Part shown: positions 12,230-23,663 of the stretch, in pieces
Layout: every line of letters begins with the position of its first letter
How positions within the stretch are numbered: position 1 is the stretch's first letter
Origin: Iphione sp. A-MEVVRFRX5
Lineage: Eukaryota
NCBI GenBank assembly: GCA_976226885.1
Contig: OZ320317.1
Span: 93,496,001 to 93,560,000, forward strand
Direction: 5' to 3'
DNA: 64,000 bases
Position numbers and translations under genes: made by a program
Notes under the pieces: generated by a model
Told to the model about the DNA's origin: nothing
Database searches by the model: none
What the model saw: only the letters and a program-made list of their open reading frames with translations

Positions 12230-12755
12230 CTGGATGAGTGGGTGGAGATCTCTCTTGGTTTTGCGGGCGGTGGTGTCGATCTCTTCGTTTAAAGCGTCGG
12301 TGTTGCTCGTACTTGATTGCGATGTGAGGTGCCGGGCGGGTGCTGTAGCTTTGTTCGTCGGTGTACGGGTCGCCTGAGCCGTTGTGGCGGGTGCGGGGGT
12401 CCCTGTAAGAACACACGGCTGGGACAGTTCTGAATTTCACGTTGTTAGGTGTAATGGTACTATCGCGCCAGTATTGAGTCGGCTTAGGTCTTTTAACGAC
12501 TGTTGGAATTACATTGTTGGCAATTTCAAATTCGAACCCATGTGAGATCCGTTGATGTCTATGTAGGTTGCGTTTACTGATATACGAACGTCCACAAGAG
12601 CAGTAATATTTACCTATGCAAGTGCCGAAGTCAACATCGGGGCGGTCGGGGTGTGTTTTGTTCACGTGTTTGAGTAGGCTTCCCTCGTTCTTAAGGAGTT
12701 TCCGGCATATGGGACATCTTACCCAGTGAAACACTGGGCTTTTAGCATCTGCCAT
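12129..12755 (-). CDS. PLE-A accessory ORF2, 208 aa, two C2H2 zinc fingers plus basic disordered tail
   Basis: CPICRKLLKNEGSLLKHVNKTH and CSCGRSYISKRNLHRHQRISH; intact ATG ORF overlapping ORF3 by 101 nt. Confidence 0.8.
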   Translation of the reverse strand: MADAKSPVFHWVRCPICRKLLKNEGSLLKHVNKTHPDRPDVDFGTCIGKYYCSCGRSYISKRNLHRHQRISHGFEFEIANNVIPTVVKRPKPTQYWRDSTITPNNVKFRTVPAVCSYRDPRTRHNGSGDPYTDEQSYSTRPAPHIAIKYEQHRRFKRRDRHHRPQNQERSPPTHPDVKEAQVHRAKQPSTGHPEPDFTSTASAAVSRP

Positions 12756-12844
12756 TCTGTAGGATAACTGCGCAATTTGTAGAATTGTTGGTTTTCGTAG
12801 GTTTTGTCGTACTTGCGATCCGAAATCGTCTTACTGAAGTGGGT

Positions 12845-12916
12845 TGTTGGGCGGCTTTGTGAAGCTGGATGGATACGTCATCATGAATGTGTATGACGTC
12901 ATCGATTCGGTTGCTA
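12845..12916 (-). promoter_or_regulatory. Putative internal promoter between GIY-YIG and ZnF ORFs (CRE, half CRE, RFX half-site, GC box)
   Basis: TGACGTCA 12894-12901, ACGTCA 12875-12880, GTTGCTA 12910-12916, GGGCGG ~12850; function inferred only. Confidence 0.35.
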
Positions 12917-13573
12917 TAGTTTCCCGTTCATGCCATGGGGATTCCCAGTTTCCATGATGCGAATCCAGGCTTCCTCGAGCCTGAGACGTGTGTTTTTCGA
13001 TTTGGCAGATGAGTCGACTATTGTTATTAGGATGTCCTCAGCGGTAACATCGTGGTCTAGCAGATGTTTGATACACGGTGCTTCTCGTCTTTTGGTGTTT
13101 AGATTGTACTTATGTTCTCTGATGCGTAGTCTGACGGGTCGGCCTGTTTCTCTGATGTATTGGTAGCGGCATACTGGACATGTGAGCACGTAAACAGTGC
13201 TCGATGTTTCGCAGGTGTTGTGTCCGATGATTTTGTGTGTTTGCCTTGTGGTGGTTGATTGGATTGTAGAACTGTGTGTGATATGTTTGCAGGTTTTACA
13301 ACCGAACTGATAGCAGGGGAAGCTACCCGCTCGGGAAGGAGGTGGTGGTGGAAACTGCGATCGGCAGAGGATGTCGCGTAAGTTGAGTGTCCGTTTAAAG
13401 GCCACTAAGGGCCGATAAGCACTGACCACGGGGTTGTGGGTTTCAGTTACAAACATATGTGCACGCTTCAGGATTTCCCTCGTAACCCAATGTGTTTTGT
13501 GGTACTGTATGACAAAGGGGATAGCTTTGGTGTCCTTTGCTTTTTTCTTGACAAGTAGGTCAGATCTGTTCAT
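12914..13573 (-). CDS. PLE C-terminal region: thumb/linker, Cys-rich linker and GIY-YIG endonuclease (RT lost by 5' truncation)
   Basis: IPFVIQYH...AFKRTLNLRDIL...CYQFGCKTCKH...TCETSSTVYVLTCPVCRYQYIRETGR...RIREH...RLRLEEAWI...NPHGMN. Confidence 0.92.
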   Translation of the reverse strand: MNRSDLLVKKKAKDTKAIPFVIQYHKTHWVTREILKRAHMFVTETHNPVVSAYRPLVAFKRTLNLRDILCRSQFPPPPPSRAGSFPCYQFGCKTCKHITHSSTIQSTTTRQTHKIIGHNTCETSSTVYVLTCPVCRYQYIRETGRPVRLRIREHKYNLNTKRREAPCIKHLLDHDVTAEDILITIVDSSAKSKNTRLRLEEAWIRIMETGNPHGMNGKL

Positions 13574-14390
13574 ATTTTTTTATTTAAATAAATATTTGGG
13601 TTGAATTATTATGTATGTCACGTCAAAAACTGCCACGGTTAGAGTTGCAGTGCGCAGATCATCTCTCTTAGGGAAAATCTGAAAAATTGAATTGGCCAGC
13701 ATGGAAAATATGATTAAAACCTTTAAAGATAGAGGATAAGTACTGTACATTGATATTTGGTGGTTGTCATTCAAGAAATCATAGAAAACCCATCAGTAAA
13801 TTAACAAACAATGACTTGGCATGCGGTGTCCGAAAAACATGTAAATGGATGCCGATGTTAAGAGATATATGGAGCTTCATGTTGGATGCATAAGAAATAC
13901 AATGCCTTCCAGTAGGTCTGCAAATGATCTTAATTGAGGGAGGAAAATCGTGAACATTTACATGTATAAAATATTGCACAGTATTATTTCATAATTCTTG
14001 CTCTTGTGTAGTAAGCAAAATACAGTCCATCTGTATGTGAAGTGCCGTTCCTCTAATAGTGGAAATTTTACAATACAGGCTGAAACAACCACAAGGTCTC
14101 ATTGACTTGATAACATCCGCCCCATCTAGTTGAACAATCTACAGAACACCTTGGGCAGCTGCTAGGGTAAATAGCATTTAAACCTTATATCATGTATGGT
14201 TGCTCTATTTGGATGGAAATGCATGTTTTACATTCTAAGAGCCTGCGTGGTCAACTCCTGTAAAAAGGAGAAAGTCACAATTTCATTGAGACATGTAAGT
14301 TAACCAATGCATATGACTGGAGTAAACAAATATATATCAATACTCGTGCATCTGTACAGACTTAACATTTCCTCATGCTTCAACATGCAG

Positions 14391-14520
14391 TTTGGTGCAG
14401 GGCTGGGAACTCATCTGAAGACCTATGTATTCCCCCTTGTCATCCGAAAAGCCATTAGGGAACGTTTCCCGGTTGAGCCACCTGGCATCTACCACCAACA
14501 ATATGAAGGACGAGGAGACT
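14391..14520 (+). pseudogene. Possible P2X7-ballast/KolX-like (Kolobok accessory) C-terminal exon
   Basis: GLGTHLKTYVFPLVIRKAIRERFPVEPPGIY fits the remembered pattern GxLG...P(x6)IRxxFP...GxY; short and weak. Confidence 0.3.
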
Positions 14521-14929
14521 TATGTGTATTTTGTAATGTAACAATTATATTATTCAATAATGTCATGAATTCAGTTAACTGTGTATGGTATTGAGTCGTG
14601 CTGATTAGTAGTAAAATTTGATCTGTGAGATTTCTTGAAATGCTGCACATGAATTATTCTGTGGGAAAAGCATCATAACAGATGTCTTGCCTACAGTGTA
14701 CTTCTCATTCGTTGCAGGAGTATTATGTCTCTCTAGAGGACATGGTACTCCTCCCATACCCCAAGAAGAAATAAGTGCAGTAGCTGGTGGTGAATGTGGA
14801 GGGCACTGAAAATGGACTAAAACATGTACATGCCTTACATGCGTTTGTATCTGTAAGACGTACTGAAGTTCATTAGGCAATAAACCAAACCTGAATTATT
14901 CAAGTGATGTCATCTGTTGATCTATTGCT

Positions 14930-15460
14930 CTTTTACAACAGGATACCTGAACTTGTCAAACTATGCAGAGTGCCAGGTTTGGAAGCAGTTACGCTTTCCA
15001 TTCAAACAGAGGTGGACATTGCACTGATCATCTGTGCACTTGGTGTGGCTCTTCACCTGCTTACCATACAGCAGGTAGCAGACATCACTATTCCTCCTCT
15101 TCTTTAAATAGGAGGGATCATGGGGTCAAGACAAATTGAGGCTTCTTTGCAGGTGTGTACAGAGGTGACCACTCATCATCATGAATGTTGGCCAGTTGGC
15201 GCACAAGTTCCTCTCTAAACTGGTGATGCCCAAAGCCTGTAACGTATAATTTTGTTTGTGAAGATACCATGCATATATTGTACAATTGTCAGTTGCAATT
15301 CATTATTAATTAACTCTTACCTAAATGTAATTTGTAATATGGATGCATTGTTTGTGTACCTTATCAACGTGCAAGTCCAGGACATCAGGGTGGTCCCTCT
15401 TCCAGATCTTGAATAAGATGAAACTGTTTAACACAGCTATATCTATCATATGGTCCATTT
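14930..15460 (-). pseudogene. piggyBac transposase C-terminal fragment with cysteine-rich domain
   Basis: HMIDIAVLNSFILFK (15321..15512) and, outside the ORF track, FREELVRQLA...VCYLLYGKQVKSHTKCTDDQCNVHLCLNGKRNCFQTWH, homologous to ORF 17320..17637. Confidence 0.8.
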
Positions 15461-15811
15461 GTAGGGTGTATGTCTCCTGCCAATGGGGTTTTAGTGATGG
15501 TTGGGGTCGCATTAGTGGTTCTCCTTTGGTGGGTTACGGTCACCCTGGGTTACGACCAGATCCCATGTGAGGATGCCTGATGAGGTGGACAATGTTGTGT
15601 TGAGTGACATGATAATCTCTCATCAACGATCGTCTGTGTCGGAGATTACCTAGGTTTAAGGGGATCCCATGATAGGATGCTATATGTGTAAGAAATAATC
15701 TGTAACTAGGTTAGGGGACACATAAAACCCAAGAACCCAGGGTTGTTGCATTTGTGTTTTATTTCATATGGCAAGGTAATTACACTTTGGGTTTGATGTC
15801 TAGCACATTAT

Positions 15812-15850
15812 GACTCGACGTTTCGGGCATTGATGTCCTTCATCAGGAGT
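15812..15850 (-). ncRNA. Minimal type I hammerhead ribozyme (HHR3), in an orphan PLE end fragment
   Basis: Reverse strand ACTC-CTGATGA-A-GGACAT ca ATGCCC-GAAA-CG-TC-GAGT; stem I ACTC/GAGT, GUC cleavage triplet. Confidence 0.85.
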
Positions 15851-16432
15851 GATGTACTAATTGTCTCTGAGATATAATATTGATAATATGGTTAATTTGA
15901 TAAGATGTACATATTAATGAGGTCAAAGTTCAACTATTCCTTATATGGTGTTAAGTCCAACTGATGGGTATGTACAAATTTTTCTTTTTTAAAATTTCAA
16001 TTAGTGATAGCAGCATTTGAACTGCCAACTTATCGGCAGTTTGCTTTCCCGATACGATGCCAATTTATCAGCATGCCTTGGACCTGTCCTCTGACAACTG
16101 AATGGGATTTACCTGCAATGTGCGGTCAGTGTTTTTTTTTTTTTGGGGGGGGGGGGGCAAATTCAATCGGCTTATTTTTACATTGTAGCACACTGATTTT
16201 AACAGGAGCATTTTTTCAGTGGTGTGCGATTGGGGATGTGAAACTGGGGATGTATCATCACACCTGAGCATTTTTTTTATACTGCTATCAGTAAATAGTT
16301 AAGCACAGTCAGATTGATATAAGAGACAATGTCAGACGCATTCATGGATGAGCACCCCAAGAGCAATTGTTGTCTCGCATAACCAACTAATTGGTTATAT
16401 GAGTTTTCCTGAGGCTGGCACCATCTCGCAGA

Positions 16433-17030
16433 TTACACTTGTTGTGGCCAGATGTGATCTACGTAGAAAGTATACAGCTTGGAGATCATTTCCTGCATTG
16501 TATTCAGGCAAGGTAGCATGACCTCGGCAAGCTGTTCTTTCTTTGTGTGCACTATGAAAGTGCATGAGGGTGCACCTGTCACCATCAACTGGCCCTGTAT
16601 TTGGTACAAGTAGTTGTGATTTATTTTCAAACGTTGTACATCTTTGTGCACTTCTAAGCAGCATTGTTTCATGGTTCTGATAGCCTCCTTAATTCTCATG
16701 TCCTGGTCTTCATAGAAGCATTTCACTTTGGCAATTCCTGTCACCCCATTGAAGCAGATCCTGCCATTGGGTGTTGCAGCCAAGAATGGATAGTTTGAAT
16801 TTACTACAACACTGATGTCATGAAAGTATTCACCCCTATGTGAAGACAGGTAATTGTCCTTAGCATATGCCTCATTCCTACGTCTGTACATGGTGGCTGG
16901 GGTATTTACGGCTTTGCCGTTCAATATGTTGGTGACTCAAGCCTCCGTTACTGGTGCATTTCGCTTCACAATGCTACCAAATTGTGAAGCTGTGATGTGT
17001 CTAGCATGGACCTGACGCCATCTTTGACAT
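16433..17030 (-). pseudogene. YqaJ-like exonuclease, second family
   Basis: WRQVHARHITASQFGSI...YPFLAATPNGR...KVKCFY...LKINHNYLYQIQGQLMVTG...FIVHT. Confidence 0.85.
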
Positions 17031-17319
17031 CTTGTTTTCAATACAAAATATAGGTATAACTATGTACGCAATCTTTATATATGCGAGCATAATACATGGT
17101 TGGGTGATATGATTTTTCAGGTGTATTACGTTACGATAGATGAGATGGGCAGACTGCCATACCCTAAACAGAAGAAATAAGTGCATCTTGAGAACAGCTG
17201 ATAGAACGTGACTGATGTTCTGGACATCCAGAAGGAAGGCATACAAGATACATCGCCATGTTGATGTCGACCTGCCCATGACAAATAAAGCACATAAACG
17301 TAACTAAGACACAGCTTCT

Positions 17320-20300
17320 CTACTTCTTCTGATTTCCATGCCTCCACCTGCACTTGTCAAATTGTGGTAAGTGCCACCTAGGAAACCAATTACGTTTGGC
17401 CTTGAGGCAAAGATGTAGCCCGTATTGTGGGTCAGAACAGCGGACATGACTCTTCACTTGATTTCCACGAAGAGTATAACAAACCTGGCAGTTTCTGCGA
17501 ACTTTCGTATACTCTGGGTCATGGGGACCAGTGCAATTTATGCTCTTCCTCCTTTTGAGTCTGGGGTTGTACAGGGGCACATCCTCATCATCAGCTATCC
17601 TGGCTAATTGGCGCACTAACTCCTCTCGGAAGTGCAAATGTGAATATCCTGAAATAAGTGTTTGTGAGACATCAACATGTTGAAATCATAGATATGCTAT
17701 TTTCACATATAATAAATTGCAAACAAGTAATTCCAATATGTAAGCTGTACACAAAAGTACATTTATGTTCACATGAAATTTTCAGAGGTTTCAATCAATC
17801 ATTGCTAAAAAGTACATACCCACATAACGTTTCAAACCAGGCACTTCAGGATGCTCGGCCCTCTACAGCTTGAACAGAATTAAACTGTTTAAGACCACCA
17901 GATCGTCCATGTGGAAGAACAGCGTCTTCCACCAACGACATGTCTTCACAAGACAATTATAGGCCTCTATCATCTGGTCCACGAGGTCGACCCCTACCAT
18001 GTGCTTGTTGTAGTAGTGCACACAAGAGGGGACTCGGGGGACTGATGGTTCATATTTCTTCTCCTTGTTTTTCCCATGCCTCACAACCAATATGCTTTGA
18101 TGGCCTTTGTGCATGGTCGACACCATGTTCACCATATTCTTGTCCATCCACTGTAGAAAGAGGATCTTTTTGAGCCTGACATAACGCATGTCTCCTCGAC
18201 GTGCAGCCTTGGGCCACTCCTTGTCCTTCAACACCTGAAAGACAAACAACTGAAGTGAGGCTCACATAAGAAATAAATGTTCATACAACAAATTCAATGA
18301 TGCATGTAAAGGGGGGAAATGTAAAAATGTTATATTTTGGCACACAGTGAGAAGTGAGTATTTCCGTACCACAGGGAACCCACGTCGCCATGGCTGCATA
18401 GTCCCACACAAGAAGGAACCATTTGCAAGTAGATGTTTTGCCAACTTCAGGGATGAGAAAAAAACTGTCACAATAGATATGGTATCCTTCATTGAAGTAG
18501 GGTCTAGTCATAGATGACACCACATCAAATCCCAGGCCATTAGGAGTACAGTCCTCTGACTTGCCAGTATAAACGCTGTAGGAAGGGAAGAGAAATTTTT
18601 CAGGTGCGTTCTGTGATAATTGACATTTAAAGCAGTAAACTGATATGTAACAGGAAAGGTTCACAAATGGCTCATGGGTTACAGATAGTTTTCATCGAGT
18701 AAAACACAGGTTCTGACATTAATTATTTTTAATGTTTAACAGTATTTTTGTACACACAGAGACTGATTCACCTGAAGTTCAGTGTATATCCAGTTGCAGC
18801 GTCGCACGCACACCACAATTTGTATCCAAACCTTGTTGGTTTGTCTGGCATGTACTGTTTTATTGGGGAACGCCCTTTGGATCTTACCATACGTTCGTCA
18901 ACAGGCACACATTTGTAAGGCTGGAAGTTCCGGGCACACATACTTTTCATATGATTTAGTAATGGCCTTATTTTGGCGAGCTTGTCATATGGGTCTTCCT
19001 CTCCGGGTTTGGAAATATGTAGCATGCCATTCAATGCTTTACATCTGAAACGGACGATGTATTTAAGAAAAAAGATATTATAGACTTCTATGTATCTTTT
19101 TCAGAATTTCCAAGTCAAATTTACTTCAAATACCCAAACCTGTATACTAACAATGCATGACCTGCCTCTACATTAGAATTATACTTCATCATATAGGTAT
19201 CCATTGAATGCACACCTCTTTCATCATGAAATATATAACATGAGGTTCATAGGCCTTAGCATACCTATTCTTGGAGAGGAATCGTCTGGACCAGCCACCG
19301 GAATACAGCGTGGCCTGCGACCAGTTTCGCTCAATGTCTGCACGCCCCGTAAAACCGTTGAAAATCAGGAGGGCAATCATATGCTTTATTTCCTGTGGGC
19401 ATGTATCCTCCCAGGAACCATCCCTCTTAGCATATGAGGTTTTGTCATGAATGTTTAACCATGCGTAGAGATTTGTATTGTCAGCAATCAACTGAAATAT
19501 CAAATAAAAATTTCTTTCAACAAACCGTCCCCTTCAGTTGTGATTTCACTACAAAGTTGAATTTCATATGAGATATATAACTAACCCTATCCAGGCGGCG
19601 AATGCCTGCAGGCACTCCCTTGTAAATGACGGCAAATGCCTGCAGGCATTCCCGTGCAAACGCCGGGTGATGCCTTGAGGCATTGTCTTAAATGTCATTG
19701 TTATAATGAATTTTCATAGAAATAATGCTTAGATTTTGATGATATTTGGATCAAATGTAAATAAATAGTCATACATTATTCTAGTATATACAAAAATAAT
19801 GAATTCTGAAGGGAACATGAGATTTTCCCTTTAAAACTGCCATATGTCCATGTTTTTACATAGGAAACGAGTGACAAACAAGGTAAATTACATACCTGAT
19901 ATGAAATTCCAAGTAATATTCTCAAATAAATGCATATTTCTGCCCTAAAAGTCCTTAGAAATGTATATCCACGCTCAATTCTCCTTAGGTAATTGAATAA
20001 ATGCTATGTTGGATACCTTGAAACACTCCAAATCGTCAGTGCGTACAAAAAGCATCAAAATTAACCCCGCTCTGTAAGTCCATGACGTATCGTCAGGTGC
20101 CGCCTGGATAGGGCTAAATATTTAAAAATTTAATCAACCAGTTGCTGCGATCATTTGTATACAAGCCATGAAGAAGGGAAAGTTGTGACAGCGCCATATG
20201 AGCCAAACTGCATTGGGCCTTACAATGGGTACATTCTAGTATGAATTAGTAGATATACCTCGATTATGTCATCCCCCAAGAACAATTCTAAGAAATCAAT

Positions 20301-21102
20301 GGCACGAGTGAACTTATGCATTCCAAATCTTGTGATTCTATCCGTAAGATGGGGCCCCGGCACCCTTTGGGGTTTGAAGGATGCTCCAGATGGCTCCACA
20401 TCCTCAACGTCATACGTCGACAACCTAAATATAAAATATCTTCCTTCAGTTTTCTGATCCAAAATGAAAAAAACAATTCTCAAATGCACTAGTACCAGCT
20501 TTTACACAAGTGGAAACTGTTTAAATGTCACAAAAATTAATAAAAATAACTAAATAGTCTATGACGCTCTCATGTAGCATCACAGCAACGTCTCCCATGT
20601 TAAGAACTTCATATATTTTGTTAAAATTTACGTTACCTACCTTGTATGTCTATGCGACATGTCATACTCGCTCCCTGCTATGCTTGATTCATCTGTTATA
20701 AAAGGCAATCCCTCGGGTTCAGAATAAGCTGCAATCTCCTCATTTAGCAAGTCTTTTTCTTGGGCAGACATACCCGTCGATCCAATGGCATCTACTACAT
20801 TCACGTTGATTTCTCTAGCAATTAACTCCCTAGCTCATATGGCGCGCTGTACGAGTAGGATGTGCCATTTTGGTGGCAACTTGTCACAACCACCACATGT
20901 GCGGGACTACTATCATTATGTTTTATTAATGCATTTTTCTATGAAAAAAATTGTATATTTAACCATCATTATCAAGATTGAGTTTCTCCCAAACAGACAA
21001 AAACCAATTCACACAGTTCAGATGTTCTTAAAACACTTTATTTGCTCCCTGACAGATATCATCCACATATGGATGATATTCCATTGCACGGCCTGGATAG
21101 GG
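17320..21102 (-). mobile_element. Degraded intron-containing piggyBac element with its 5' terminus
   Basis: Fragments VDERMVRSKGRSPIKQYMPDKPTRFGYKLW (18768..19034), YCDSFF, YNKHMVGVDLVDQM...WWKTLFFH (17863..18249), CRD (17320..17637); terminus GCCTGGATAGGG|TTAA at 21102; 3' TIR not found. Confidence 0.85.
19585..20113. mobile_element. Non-autonomous piggyBac MITE, 529 bp
   Basis: 15-bp TIR CCCTATCCAGGCGGC at both ends; CTAA duplicated on both flanks (19581-84, 20114-17). Confidence 0.85.
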
Positions 21103-22076
21103 TTAAACATCTCAAACTGTCTTCTAAGCCCCTACCCCTAGAATCAGAGAGTATGAGAGGCCATCTACAACAAGAAATGGACCCTATATGTCACATCATG
21201 ACAAATATGAAAGCAAGGAACTTGACAAAATTCATTTATGTTAAAAGAATGCAAATGCCGGTAAACAATTGATTGTACTTACAATAGTTAGGTTTATAGA
21301 AACAGAGGAGGATCGTGGAACGAAGAAATCACACACATTAGACGAAGGAAATTGGACAAGTGAAATGTGCAACGTCTGTTACGTGAAGCAAAGCATTTAC
21401 ATAACTCTGCATGATAAAGTAGGAGAAAAAACTAACAATTTCCCATCAGCAATGGTGCCTCTCGCATTAGGAAATGAGATGTCACAGTGTAGTATTGCAA
21501 AAGAGGTGAGTCAGACGGCACATTGACAGGAAGGAAGGAAAATGACCCACAAGGTAAACAATTACAAAAAAGATGATATACACTGCTTGGTACATGGAAA
21601 GCAACTTACCTGGTTTAAAGAAGGATAAGCCAAGTCGAAAATGTAATCTATAATGGAAGTGCGAAGGCATAATATTATTACCAAGGGAAGCCACAAGGAT
21701 CTTCAACAAGAAGCATTCATAAAAAATAATACTGAAAAGTATGGACTACCTAGGTACCATTAAGCAAAATGAAAAATAATCACATACAGTTGAAATGCTA
21801 CGTGTGAAAAGTGATCTTTTTGCATCTATGCACTAATGCAAGGTCCCATTATAATTAGATGAAGGTCCCAACTAGTGTTAACCTTTTGTCAGGCACGGAT
21901 TAATTTCCACCACTTGATCCACTTAGTTCAGAAAAGAATCATTACAAAATGTTAATATTACAGATGTAATCATAGGGCATCGTGAAGTGGCATATGGCAA
22001 TATTAAACTTTAGATGATTTTAGAGATGAGCACGCTAACAACACACTGAAGTATGTTTTAAGACAGTTTTAATCAA

Positions 22077-22120
22077 AATCCCAACGTTTCGGCGTACAAT
22101 CGGTGCCTTCTTCAGGGTTC
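22077..22120 (-). ncRNA. Minimal type I hammerhead ribozyme (HHR4), weak stem I
   Basis: Reverse strand AACC-CTGAAGA-A-GGC accgattgtac GCC-GAAA-CG-TT-GGGAT. Confidence 0.7.
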
Positions 22121-23663
22121 AATATGACAATAGAACTTTGCACAACATATTTGAATACAAAACTTTTTCAAAAGATAACCCACCAATTCAATCGGGAATG
22201 ATAGAGTTGTAAGTAGAAATTGTGTAGTTCTCAAGGAAGTTTTCTGTACTGAAATTAAAATTCAAAATTGAAATAAATGTTGTTAAATTCAGATTGATGC
22301 AGATTAAATATCATCATTACTAAAAAAAAATTAGCAAGGTTTTGTTTCCTGTTGCAAGAATAACAATCATATCATCTGAGACATTAATACATATGATAAG
22401 TATATTATATAATTTAAATAAGACTACACTGCACCTGAAAACCAATTAAATAACGTAGGACTGAGGACATAAACTCAGAACCATTTCAAAAAATATATTT
22501 GTAACAAAATGTTTCAACACAATACATGGGTACATCTCAGAAACAAATGACACAAACACTTACCAATATATAAAAGTAAAGCGATGTTAATAACAGGAAT
22601 GGAGACCAATTTAAACTTTCACAGAAGACAACTAGAAATTAAAAAAAAGATCATGTAGGTTGGACTACACCAGGCAGTACAGATAATACTGTACTCAAGC
22701 TTGTATGACCAGCCTCTAACTTTATTGCAAATGGAATTATTCACATATGACCACAGACTGCAATGAAATCTGCAATGTGGTACTCGGATTCATAATGAGC
22801 ATGACAATTCAAAAATCCCCGCCATAAGACCTGGGTGGGGAGGCAGCAGCAAAGCCGTGGAAGGGCGAGTGACTCAATCCCTGCAGCACCTCATCTACCA
22901 TCCTGGGGCTTACCTCTGGGGAGACCATGTCGAGGTGCGACTCATCAGACAATGGCGACGCGGGCGGAGGAGGCAAGTTTCGGCTGGAGGAGGGCTTGGT
23001 TGTCGGGCACACTGGCCGCACAGAAATTTTGGCGAGATGGTCTGGCTTGTACAGTTGCACATGACCCGGTGCTGGGATGTATAGAGGCGCATCTAGCACT
23101 GGGTACAGACCAAAGATGCGGATGGTAGGACGCGGAGTGCCAACATGTAACAAATGATAATAGTAGTCCGGCTGCTAGGTTCTGAAAGGAAAGGAAGGGA
23201 AAATACTTTTTATCTGTGTCACACCACCAGTCAGAAGTCAGAACTGGGAACGGGGAATGCCAACCTGGCAACAAAGGCCTGCTCCAGTGACTGGATAACT
23301 CCCTTCCAGGAGTGGCCCTGAAGACAGGGAACAGCAACCAGCTGTTGGAACTGTTAACAGGATTTCCTGGCTCTTGGGAAGGCACTACCTGTCATCCATA
23401 GGAGGGTAGCCAACCAGCTCATCAGGTAAGAACAATCCCTCATGGGATAGTCCAGTCAAGTGGAAGGGTACACCCAAGGAAACTACCCCCCCGGATGTTT
23501 TTGGTTGTCCACTTTCGAATATGCTCTATTACCAGGCACCGCTAAAATAGGAAAGTGATAGTATCATAAATCTAGATATAAGGGATGTGCAATATGTGTG
23601 TTTGCTGGTTAATCATTGAATGATAATTAACGAGATGTCATCTGAAGCATATAAAGCATCTAT

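Larger units (their letters stand above)
10919..13580 (-). mobile_element. PLE-A: 5'-truncated Neptune-like Penelope element with two accessory ORFs
   Basis: 13-bp TSD TATTTAAATAAAT at 10906-10918 and 13581-13593; co-oriented GIY-YIG ORF, ZnF ORF, ORF3 and hammerhead. Confidence 0.9.

Noticed and set aside
16131-16158. Poly-T/poly-G run as a G-quadruplex or regulatory signal
   Set aside because: Single homopolymer junction, prone to slippage and sequencing error; no supporting context
17826-17862. Hammerhead-like CCTGAAG...GAAACGTT on the minus strand inside a piggyBac intron
   Set aside because: A9 of CUGANGA is missing, there is no stem II pairing and stem I is out of register
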